A DNA stretch of 64,000 bases from positions 128,001 through 192,000 of the forward strand of contig CBDDCK010000001.1 of NCBI GenBank assembly GCA_965225855.1, in the 5' to 3' direction. A model generated the notes under the pieces. It made no database searches and was not told the origin of the DNA. It was given only the letters and a program-made list of their open reading frames with translations. Shown here piece after piece: positions 1 through 7,684 of this stretch. The stretch's first letter is position 1, and every line of letters starts with the position of its first letter. Source of the stretch: Spirochaetia bacterium (lineage in GTDB: Bacteria; Spirochaetota; Spirochaetia; SP-2023). Position numbers and translations under genes: made by a program.

Positions 1-1
1 C

Positions 2-217
2 TTTGATCGCTTTGAAGATGTCTGTTCAGCAGAATATGTAAAAACTAAGGCATTAAAGGCTGATATGCGTAAAGGTGTCGAGCATTACAATCTTGTTCAA
101 TTGCGTAAGATACAAAAAATTAACCAAGATTATAATTTGCATATAAAATTAAGCGGTGTTCTGCAAGAATTATTATTTAAGCATTATATTTATGAAGTTA
201 TTTCCGTTCGGGGCTAG
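2..217 (+). CDS. 3' end of hypothetical protein (partial, runs off window)
   Basis: Open frame from base 2 to TAG at 215-217 (FDRFEDVCSAEY...EVISVRG*); no recognisable motif. Confidence 0.55.
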   Translation, partial: FDRFEDVCSAEYVKTKALKADMRKGVEHYNLVQLRKIQKINQDYNLHIKLSGVLQELLFKHYIYEVISVRG

Positions 218-324
218 TATTTTGTTTGGCAGCCATTGTAGCCTCTATTTTATCACTTAGAGAAAAATCAATTACGAATGTTGAATAAAGTTTAGTTAAA
301 CCTTGATTTAAATAAACTATGTTA

Positions 325-800
325 ATGAGCACACTGAGGCATTTCAAACAGAAATGTGCTTTGTATATTTAATTGTAAAGGTGCCAAGCTCTTAGTGGCT
401 GCGTTCCAGTTCCCTTTATATAGCAGAATATTTTTTACCAACCGAGTTTTCCATATTTCTAAATGGTTTAAGTAACTGTTTATAATTATTCTTAGTCAAC
501 GGACGAAAGGCTCTACAGGTAACAATTCGCTGAGAGGAAGTATTGGTTGCCAATAATTGTTGATCGGCTTGGTTGTGTCTTTTGCTCGATTTTCCTACGG
601 AATGCTCGCAGATTTTGACATCGGTCAGACCCAATTCCTGTAACATGGAACGCAAAATATTGGCCCGTTTCACAGCTGACTCAACTAAAAAAATTGAAAT
701 TCGTGGTCGCCAAATCGCCATACCTAATAATCAAAATAAATGATTAAAGGAATAGCAGGTAGACCAAGCTCACCCCCTAACCAAAAACCCACCCCCCAAG
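325..800 (-). pseudogene. rsmG: decayed 16S rRNA m7G527 methyltransferase RsmG/GidB
   Basis: Fragments in different frames: GLPAIPL (~745-765), FLVES..KRANIL..LGL..V and IVTCRAFRPL (416-721 ORF), ILLYKG (~412-429, frameshifted); internal stops. Confidence 0.65.
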
Positions 801-1061
801 CCTTCACAACAAAAACCAAACCATGCCCTAATTATGTACTTTTGAAAAGTAACAATTATGGACTAGGTCGGCCCATAGGTATCGACTTGCTGCGTCTATA
901 GCTATGGATTGGTTGCTTTGATGGTTTATAGATTCCGATAATATTCAATGCAAATGGATTGGCATGGATTTTTAAACACTTTACAACACTAAAAAAGTAC
1001 CCTAACACAAAAAAACTTGTAAAAAAGCACAAAAAAAGTTTACAAAAATCTTATATGGGCC

Positions 1062-1088
1062 TTGACGCAACACCCCCCCTAGCAAAAT
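1062..1088 (+). promoter_or_regulatory. putative sigma70 promoter with C7 tract in spacer (TTGACG-15 nt-CAAAAT), phased A-tracts upstream
   Basis: Identical sequence upstream of the paralog at 44766-44792. Confidence 0.5.
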
Positions 1089-1151
1089 GGGGCGCTGTAC
1101 ACTAGCCCGTATGGGTTGGTTAATCTTTACCCATTTTTGGAGGTATTGCTT

Positions 1152-3050
1152 ATGTATAAGCTCAAACTATTTTTATTGCCATTAGCATTGCTACTGGCCT
1201 TTATGGCCTTGGCCTGCGCACCACCCGATGACGATGATCGATCTTCTGGGCCGTCTGGGCCGACTATCAATAACGCCATCTACGATGTTGGCACGGCACT
1301 GTTAACCATACAAGGTACTAACTTAAATGCTACCAGTGCGACCCAAGCGCAAATCCAAACCATCAAAGTATATGGCGTAGACTTCAGTTCCTATTCTGCA
1401 GATGCCAAACCCACTGGGGTAAATAGTAGCGGTCTTGCAAAAGGTAAGTACCGTATTAAAAGCGATGGCACAGCGCTTTGGCTGAAACTTACCGATCAAC
1501 ATAAAGCTACTCTGAATGGCAAGCCCGGTATGAATAACGATGGTCTAAAAAAAGGGTTGCTTACTAGCACTGGTGCTTGGGCGGGTTTAAATATAGCCAA
1601 AGACTTAACCGTTAGGAATATACCCGATAAGCCATCTGAACAAGCCGAACAAGCTGAAGAGCAGTCGCCTAAGCAATCTAAAGACGAACAAGTCGAACAA
1701 GCTGAACAAGCTGAAGAAGAGTCGCCTAAGCAATCTAAAGACGAACAAGTCGAACAAGCTGAACAAGCTGAAGAAGAGTCGCCTAAGCAAGCTAAAGACG
1801 AACAAGACGAACAAGCTGAACAAGCTGAAGAAGAGTCGCCTAAGCAATCTAAAGCCGAACAAGCTGAACAAGCTGAAGAGCAGTCGCCTAAGCAATCTAA
1901 AGACGAACAAGCCGAACAAGTCGAACAAGCTGAAGAAGAGTCGCCTGAACTACCCGACCCCGCAATTACCCGTGTAACCTACAATGTTATTTCAGGCGTG
2001 TTATATATTAGTGGTATCAATTTACCGAGAGCAGTTGCAGACTGGGACTTTAGCAAATTGACGCTTGTATCCGGTGATGGTACTAGATACCCATTACCCC
2101 GGCACTCAACTTTAGGTAGAAACAGAGCCGAAGGTTCTAATGCAAGTGCAACAGGCTTAGATATTATTTTAAACGGTAGTGTAAGAGCGGAAGCCAATAA
2201 GATACTGGTTAACGATGGTGATAGTGATGCTAATGGTGCATACAACCTGGAAGCAGCAGCAGGCTTTGCAGGTGGTAGCGCAGCAGACACAACCAACCCT
2301 ATTACCGTTAGGGGGTATGTAGCCAGCATCGACACAGCAACCTACGATGCTAATACAGGCGAGTTAGATATTAGTGGTATCAAGTTACCGAGAGCAGTTG
2401 CAGACTGGGACTTTAGCAAATTGACACTTGTATCCGGTGATGGTAGTAAGAGATTCACATTACCCCGGCACTCAACTGCAGGTGAAAACACAGCCACAGG
2501 TACTGGTGCAGATACAGAATACTTAAGTATTACTTTAAGCGGTACTGTAAAAGCGGAAGCCGAGAAGATACTGGTTAAGGAGGGTGTTCGTGATGCTAAT
2601 GGTGCATACAACCTGGAAGCAGCAGCAGAATTTGTACCTGGTAGTCCAGAAGACCTAACCAACCCTATTACCGTTAGTGGGTATGTAGCCAGCATCGATG
2701 AAGCATACTACTATTTTTATGCAGGCCGGTTATTGATTACAGGTAGCAGGTTACCGACAGCAGTTGCAGACTGGGACTTTAGCAAATTGAGGCTTGTATC
2801 CGGTGATGGTAGTAAGAGATTCACATTACCCCAGCACTCAACTGCAGGTGAAAACACAGCCACAGGTTCTAGTGTAAGTGCAACAGGCTTAATAATTACT
2901 TTAAGCGGTAATGTAAAAGCCAAAGCCAATGCTATACTGGTTAAGGCTGGTAAAAGTGATGCTAATGGTGCATACAACCTGGAAGCAGCAGCAGAATTTG
3001 TACCTGGTAGCGCAGAAGACCCAACCACTAGTATTCAAGTTTTTAATTAG
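1152..3050 (+). CDS. repeat-containing surface lipoprotein (copy 1): lipobox, acidic repeat stalk, three ~121-aa beta-rich repeats
   Basis: GGAGG RBS before ATG 1152; signal MYKLKLFLLPLALLLAFMALA-C; internal repeats; close paralog at 44856-46787. Confidence 0.85.
   Translation: MYKLKLFLLPLALLLAFMALACAPPDDDDRSSGPSGPTINNAIYDVGTALLTIQGTNLNATSATQAQIQTIKVYGVDFSSYSADAKPTGVNSSGLAKGKYRIKSDGTALWLKLTDQHKATLNGKPGMNNDGLKKGLLTSTGAWAGLNIAKDLTVRNIPDKPSEQAEQAEEQSPKQSKDEQVEQAEQAEEESPKQSKDEQVEQAEQAEEESPKQAKDEQDEQAEQAEEESPKQSKAEQAEQAEEQSPKQSKDEQAEQVEQAEEESPELPDPAITRVTYNVISGVLYISGINLPRAVADWDFSKLTLVSGDGTRYPLPRHSTLGRNRAEGSNASATGLDIILNGSVRAEANKILVNDGDSDANGAYNLEAAAGFAGGSAADTTNPITVRGYVASIDTATYDANTGELDISGIKLPRAVADWDFSKLTLVSGDGSKRFTLPRHSTAGENTATGTGADTEYLSITLSGTVKAEAEKILVKEGVRDANGAYNLEAAAEFVPGSPEDLTNPITVSGYVASIDEAYYYFYAGRLLITGSRLPTAVADWDFSKLRLVSGDGSKRFTLPQHSTAGENTATGSSVSATGLIITLSGNVKAKANAILVKAGKSDANGAYNLEAAAEFVPGSAEDPTTSIQVFN
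1636..1949 (+). repeat. intragenic tandem repeat (~57-bp unit built of 9-bp GAACAAGnn subunits; 5x SPKQ)
   Basis: Directly visible; encodes (AEQ)nEESPKQSKDEQ. Confidence 0.95.
1963..3047 (+). repeat. three 363-366 bp domain repeats
   Basis: ctgggactttagcaaattg at 2042, 2405, 2771; DANGAYNLEAAA block three times. Confidence 0.95.
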
Positions 3051-3091
3051 TAAGTAGTGTTTGGTTGTTGCAACGCTTGCATTGGCCTATT

Positions 3092-3270
3092 GCAGCCTTG
3101 GTAAGTTTTTTTATCAAGGCTGCTTTTGCCAATTATAGCCTTGGTATGGAGAAAATACCAAGGCTATAAATTTTTTTATTAAGGCTACAAATTTTTTTGT
3201 CAAGGCTGCTTTTGTCAATTATAGCCTTGGTAAATTTTTTTATCAAGGTTGGTTTTGCCAATTATAGCCA
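3092..3270 (+). repeat. palindrome/terminator array (AGCCTTG...CAAGGCT hairpins with T tails, two 21-bp direct repeats)
   Basis: GCAGCCTTGGTAA/TTATCAAGGCTGC at 3092-3123; perfect 15-bp IR at 3133-3169; third hairpin 3222-3251; homologous array at 46826-46990. Confidence 0.85.
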
Positions 3271-3319
3271 TTCTGGAAAGTAGAAAAAAATCGAGTTATC
3301 ACTTCCTGCATCACTACGA

Positions 3320-4040
3320 TAGACGAATTTAGATAGCGGAATAATTTTAAAGAAAGTGCTGCATCGCTTTGCACAATTTTTGAAACTTCATCTACTTTAA
3401 AGTCCGGATCATTGAGCATACTAATTAAGCGAACTTTAGCCATTTGCGAAGGATTTATTTTTTTGCTTCTCTTTAATTCTGGTTTGGCAAAATAGTACCC
3501 TTGAAAAAGAGTAAAACCAAGCTCTTTACAGTCTTCCAACATTTGCTGGCTTTCTATTTTTTCTGCTAAAAGACGAACTTTTTTGATATTTATATCTTCT
3601 AAACGATGGTTTTAAGCTGCTTAAAATCAGAACCGAGAACTTCAACCTTAACTAAATTAACATATTTGATAAAAGGCATTAGCTCTTCCTGCCCTATAAG
3701 ATCATCAAAAGCAATCATATAGCCTTCAGCTCGGCTACAGCATCTAGTGTTTTTTAGTGGGCTTGACCGTTTCAAGAATTTCTATTATCCCAGCATGAGG
3801 GGAGGAAGCAACCTGGCTGTTCGATCTTCCAACAAAGTTGCAGGAAAGTTTATTAAAAGACGCTACTTTTCTGAAAGCGAAGGATAAATTGAACGAAAAC
3901 AGACAAAACAGGCCTTGTCGCCACTATAACATCAAAGTTTTCAAGTTGATCGGGATTAACACCTTGAGCAGAAAGAAATAAAAATTCATAACTCCCATAC
4001 TTTATTATCTTTAGCAAAGATTGGCTGACGAGCAACAATA
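3320..4040 (-). pseudogene. EAL + HDOD domain c-di-GMP signalling protein (YuxH/PdeH-like), frameshifted and 3'-truncated
   Basis: Fragments YEFLF, GYMIAFDD, LLAEKIE, LGFTLFQGYYFAKP, IVQSDAALSLKLFRYLNS in several frames; HDOD similarity stops near 3320. Confidence 0.8.
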
Positions 4041-4103
4041 AATGTACTTAGACCAGAATCATTTCCGGCAGTAGAAGTCGTATTACCTTTATTAACAGCT
4101 ATA

Positions 4104-5831
4104 TTACTTATTTTTTAAAGCATCACCCAAAGTGAAAGAAGCAGAATCAATATCATCGTTTTTCAATAAATATTGACTAATACTTTGTTGCTCTTCATTT
4201 CGTTCCAAAGCTTTAATAGATAACCCCAAACGCCGCTTTTTCTCATCAATTTCAATGATTAAAGCCCGTATTTTATCGCCATTATTATAATTTTTTAAGA
4301 GCTCATCACGGTCTACTGTTTGATCATTAGTCAAGTCATTTTTATGAATCAACCCCTCTATACCACCAATTGAAACAAAAATTCCAAAATCAGCTTTATT
4401 GACAACGCTACCTTCTATTACAGTTTTCTTTTTCAGTTTCTTTAATTCTTGCCAAGGGTTTTCTTCTAACTGCTTTAACCCTAAACGAATGCGTTGATCT
4501 TTAGCATCGATACTTATTATCTGCACTTCCAAAGATTGATCTACTTTTGCCACATCATTGACACTTCTGCGCTTAGCCCAAGACAAATCATCTTGGTGTA
4601 AGAAAGCATCTATTCCCTCCTCAAGAATAAAAAAAGCACCATTTTTAATTATATTTTTAACCTTCAATGTTAAGCGTGTCCCCACAGGATAACGCTCTTG
4701 AATGGAATCCCAAGGATTTGGCATGGTTTGGCGCAAACCCAAACGCATTCGCTGTGCTTCTGTATCTAGCTCTAAAATTTGTACTTTTACTTGATCTCCA
4801 GTATCCAAAACTTCCTTAGGATATTTAATCTGTTTAATCCAAGACATTTCTGAAACATGAATTAAACCCTCTATACCCGGCTCTAGTTCGGCAAAAGCAC
4901 CATATGTTTGAAGCCGTGTAACTTTACCTTCAACAATTTGACCCACTGAATACTTATCTTGAATCGTGTCCCAAGGGTTTACTTGCATAGCTTTTAAAGA
5001 CAAACCAATCTTCTTTTTTTCCAGATCCATATCTAAAATTTTAAGCTCTAAAATATCTCCGAGTTTAATAAGGTCTTGAGGTTTTTTGACTGGATACCAA
5101 GCCATATTGATAATATGCAACAAACCTGAAAAGCCCCCTAAATCAATAAAAGCTCCAAATTCCACAAAACTGCGGACTTGGCCTTTTACGACATCTCCTA
5201 TTTTATAGGTATCAAAAAATTCTTTCCGTTTGTTTTGCAATTCTTGCTCTAATAATTTACGACGATTTAAAACAATATTTTGGTGCCGACCTTTCGTTTC
5301 AATGCGTTCAATATAAAATTGCATAACACTGTCAATATAACTTTCAGGCGGAGCTGGATGTAAGTCTATTTGCGATAAAGGTATAAAAGCCGTAAACCCA
5401 GGGGCCAATTCTGCTTGAAAACCAACTGGAATAGCTTGCTCTTCATCATCTTTTTTACGGGTCAATAACTTAATGATTCTCGCTTTTAAAACTTTCCCTT
5501 CTTCTAAATTGGCCTCGATTTCTGCACGCTGCAATTCTGCAAATGAAACATTTACATTACCTTCGCTATCTTCTCCTTTAAAGATCACTTCAATGGAATC
5601 GCCTTGGGAAGGTGGATTATTGCCAAATTCTGAACGAGGGATACGACCTTCAGCTTTATAATTAATATTAATAAAAATTTCACTGTCGGTAACCTTTACG
5701 ACAACACCACTAATTTTAGTGCCTTTAGTAAGGATTTGTTTTTGTTCTTCTAAAGCTAATGCTTTTTCAAATTCTGCATCTGAATAATCGAAGTCAATAG
5801 TTGCTGTCGAGGATTTTAAAATCTGGGACAT
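4104..5831 (-). CDS. rpsA: 30S ribosomal protein S1
   Basis: Six S1 repeats (FGAFIDLGGFSGLLHI, YGAFAELEPGIEGLIHVSEMSW); downstream of cmk. Confidence 0.95.
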   Translation of the reverse strand: MSQILKSSTATIDFDYSDAEFEKALALEEQKQILTKGTKISGVVVKVTDSEIFININYKAEGRIPRSEFGNNPPSQGDSIEVIFKGEDSEGNVNVSFAELQRAEIEANLEEGKVLKARIIKLLTRKKDDEEQAIPVGFQAELAPGFTAFIPLSQIDLHPAPPESYIDSVMQFYIERIETKGRHQNIVLNRRKLLEQELQNKRKEFFDTYKIGDVVKGQVRSFVEFGAFIDLGGFSGLLHIINMAWYPVKKPQDLIKLGDILELKILDMDLEKKKIGLSLKAMQVNPWDTIQDKYSVGQIVEGKVTRLQTYGAFAELEPGIEGLIHVSEMSWIKQIKYPKEVLDTGDQVKVQILELDTEAQRMRLGLRQTMPNPWDSIQERYPVGTRLTLKVKNIIKNGAFFILEEGIDAFLHQDDLSWAKRRSVNDVAKVDQSLEVQIISIDAKDQRIRLGLKQLEENPWQELKKLKKKTVIEGSVVNKADFGIFVSIGGIEGLIHKNDLTNDQTVDRDELLKNYNNGDKIRALIIEIDEKKRRLGLSIKALERNEEQQSISQYLLKNDDIDSASFTLGDALKNK

Positions 5832-5888
5832 TATAGAGTTCCTTTGATACCGACCTTATTGTCAAGAAACGGGACCGAGCTAGCCTTA

Positions 5889-6578
5889 CTAATCATTAAG
5901 ACTTTGCTGGATTATCTGGCAAACCGCTTTGAGGGTCAAGCGACTAGTATCAATAATATGAGCATTTTTTGCTGGTTTTAAAGTTCCTTCTTTTTTATTT
6001 CGGTCTATTTCGTCTCTAATTTCAATTTGCTGTTCTAACTCATATAAACTTAAATTATTTATATCTAACTGTTGATACCGTCTAAGTGCCCGTACAGAAA
6101 TGCTAGCTTCAAGAAAAAATTTATATTGGGCCCACGGAAAAACAATAGACCCCATATCCCGACCTTCTGCAATTAAATCTTTATGTTCTGCCTGAAGGCG
6201 TAGTAAATTATTAATAAAATGGCGTATTACTGGTATTTTTGATATTTGAGGGGTGAGTATATCCATTTCTGGAGTTTGTAATAAGGCTGTAACTGGCTCT
6301 CCGTTTAATAAAATATCTTCACCATCTTGATATATTTTTATGGCTTGAATGGTTTGCCATAATTCTTCCCATTCGAGCCCTTGCTCTTCAAAAATATTTT
6401 CTAATCTTTCGAGCCCCAATTTTGCAATATCCGCTTTTAAAGCCAAACCCAATGCTCGATAGAAAGAGCCCGATTTTAACAATAATAAGTTTAGCTCTTT
6501 AGCTAAGTAGCTGGAAACTGAACTTTTGCCCACACCTGCTGGTCCATCAATGGTAATTACCAATTTCATTTCTGCCAA
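5889..6578 (-). CDS. cmk: cytidylate kinase
   Basis: ITIDGPAGVGKSS P-loop, EGRDMGSIVFP, IDTS. Confidence 0.95.
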   Translation of the reverse strand: MAEMKLVITIDGPAGVGKSSVSSYLAKELNLLLLKSGSFYRALGLALKADIAKLGLERLENIFEEQGLEWEELWQTIQAIKIYQDGEDILLNGEPVTALLQTPEMDILTPQISKIPVIRHFINNLLRLQAEHKDLIAEGRDMGSIVFPWAQYKFFLEASISVRALRRYQQLDINNLSLYELEQQIEIRDEIDRNKKEGTLKPAKNAHIIDTSRLTLKAVCQIIQQSLND

Positions 6579-6582
6579 TTAT

Positions 6583-7671
6583 TTAATGATCATTATTTCG
6601 TTGAGGATCTAAAAACATATTCGGATTACCCAATTTGGAATTAACTGCACGCGGATGGGCTATTCGATGAATTTCTTGTAAATGCTGGATTCCCACATGA
6701 GCATAAATTTGCGTACTATTTAACGACTTATGCCCCAGTAATTCTTGGAGAGAACGAATATTGGCCCCGTGATTCAGCAATGTTGTAGCAAAACTATGGC
6801 GTATTAAATGGGGATACAAAGGCCGTTCGAGCCCAGCCATACGGCCCAAATGTGCCAACATGCTGTGGGCTGTTCGAGGCTGTAACCGCGTGCCACGGCT
6901 ATTACAAAATAGAGCCTTTTCTTCTACTGTAATATTATTTTTTTTCTGTTTTGTTTTTTGACCCAAATTGTGCAAAAATAATTGCCGCTCATTTAAATAA
7001 TCAGCTAAGACTTTAGCACAACTGGGTCGTATAAAAATAAAGCGCTCTTTATTCCCTTTCCCCAATATTTTCAATTTTTTAGCGATACAGACAGAATGGA
7101 TTGAGAGGTTATTGATGGGATTTAAACCACTGCGCGGCAATAGCTGTATTACATTTATACTACAAAGCTCGCTAATGCGCATGCCGCTAGAAAAACCTAA
7201 TTCTAAAATAGCACGAGAAAGTTTTTGCATATAATTGCTGCGGAATGCCAAAGAGCACGTGTCTGCTAACTTGCGCAATTCTTCTAAAGTTAGATAGTTT
7301 GGCAAACGCTGGGCTTGGGGCAGTAGAGGAATACTATTCCAAGGATTACAAAAATCGGAAAGGCTATTGCAAGATTCTTCTCTACAAGGGGGCTGTCTAT
7401 CGGCTATAATGCGCTTTTGCAAATATTGATAAAAGCTTTTTAATACCGAAATACGGTGATTGATACTGCGATTGGATAATTTCAACTCGCGCCGTAGTTT
7501 GGCTATATAACTCCTTGCCAAAGGCATATTGATTTGTTGCAACTCGGCCCCTAATTCTTGTAAATAGGCCCGCCATGCTTCTAAGCTGTTGCGATATGCA
7601 ATTATGGTATGGCGGCTATAAGAGCGATTTTTCTCCAAGTAATTCAAAAAATCTTCTACGAAGTCGATCAT
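6583..7671 (-). CDS. xerC: XerC/XerD-family tyrosine recombinase
   Basis: SRHTIIAYR, GMRISEL, GKGNKER, HLIRHSFAT, LLGHKSLNSTQIY: complete R-K-HxxR-H-Y catalytic set; xerC versus xerD uncertain. Confidence 0.85.
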   Translation of the reverse strand: MIDFVEDFLNYLEKNRSYSRHTIIAYRNSLEAWRAYLQELGAELQQINMPLARSYIAKLRRELKLSNRSINHRISVLKSFYQYLQKRIIADRQPPCREESCNSLSDFCNPWNSIPLLPQAQRLPNYLTLEELRKLADTCSLAFRSNYMQKLSRAILELGFSSGMRISELCSINVIQLLPRSGLNPINNLSIHSVCIAKKLKILGKGNKERFIFIRPSCAKVLADYLNERQLFLHNLGQKTKQKKNNITVEEKALFCNSRGTRLQPRTAHSMLAHLGRMAGLERPLYPHLIRHSFATTLLNHGANIRSLQELLGHKSLNSTQIYAHVGIQHLQEIHRIAHPRAVNSKLGNPNMFLDPQRNNDH

Positions 7672-7684
7672 ATATTTAAAGAAT

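Noticed and set aside
959..975. sigma54 promoter at the conserved TTGGCATGGATTTT cassette boundary
   Set aside because: The -24 half fits, but the required GC at -12 is absent in both copies.
1055..1120. c-di-GMP-I riboswitch (GACGCAA motif)
   Set aside because: Lacks the GGCAAA/GNRA P2 hairpin and GGNCUAA P3 features; better explained as a -35 element.
1636..1949. CRISPR array (also 45364-45692 and the 3' palindrome arrays)
   Set aside because: The repeats are in-frame coding VNTRs or lack unique spacers; no cas genes.
1605..3028. Antisense and alternate-frame ORFs over the lipoprotein genes (also 45089-46973) and over housekeeping genes
   Set aside because: Shadows of repetitive or codon-biased sense genes; no RBS or independent motifs.
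1963..3047. Diversity-generating retroelement as the cause of repeat variability
   Set aside because: No reverse transcriptase or template repeat in the window; adenines in TTA/ATT codons are invariant and variable codons differ at all three positions, unlike adenine-specific mutagenesis.
957..3270. Terminal inverted repeats (ATTGGCA / TGCCAAT) defining a MITE or IS
   Set aside because: Only a 7-bp match, recurring internally; no target-site duplication identified.
6583..7671. Integron or prophage integrase
   Set aside because: Xer-like motifs, embedded in the valS-cmk-rpsA housekeeping run; no attC sites or phage genes seen.
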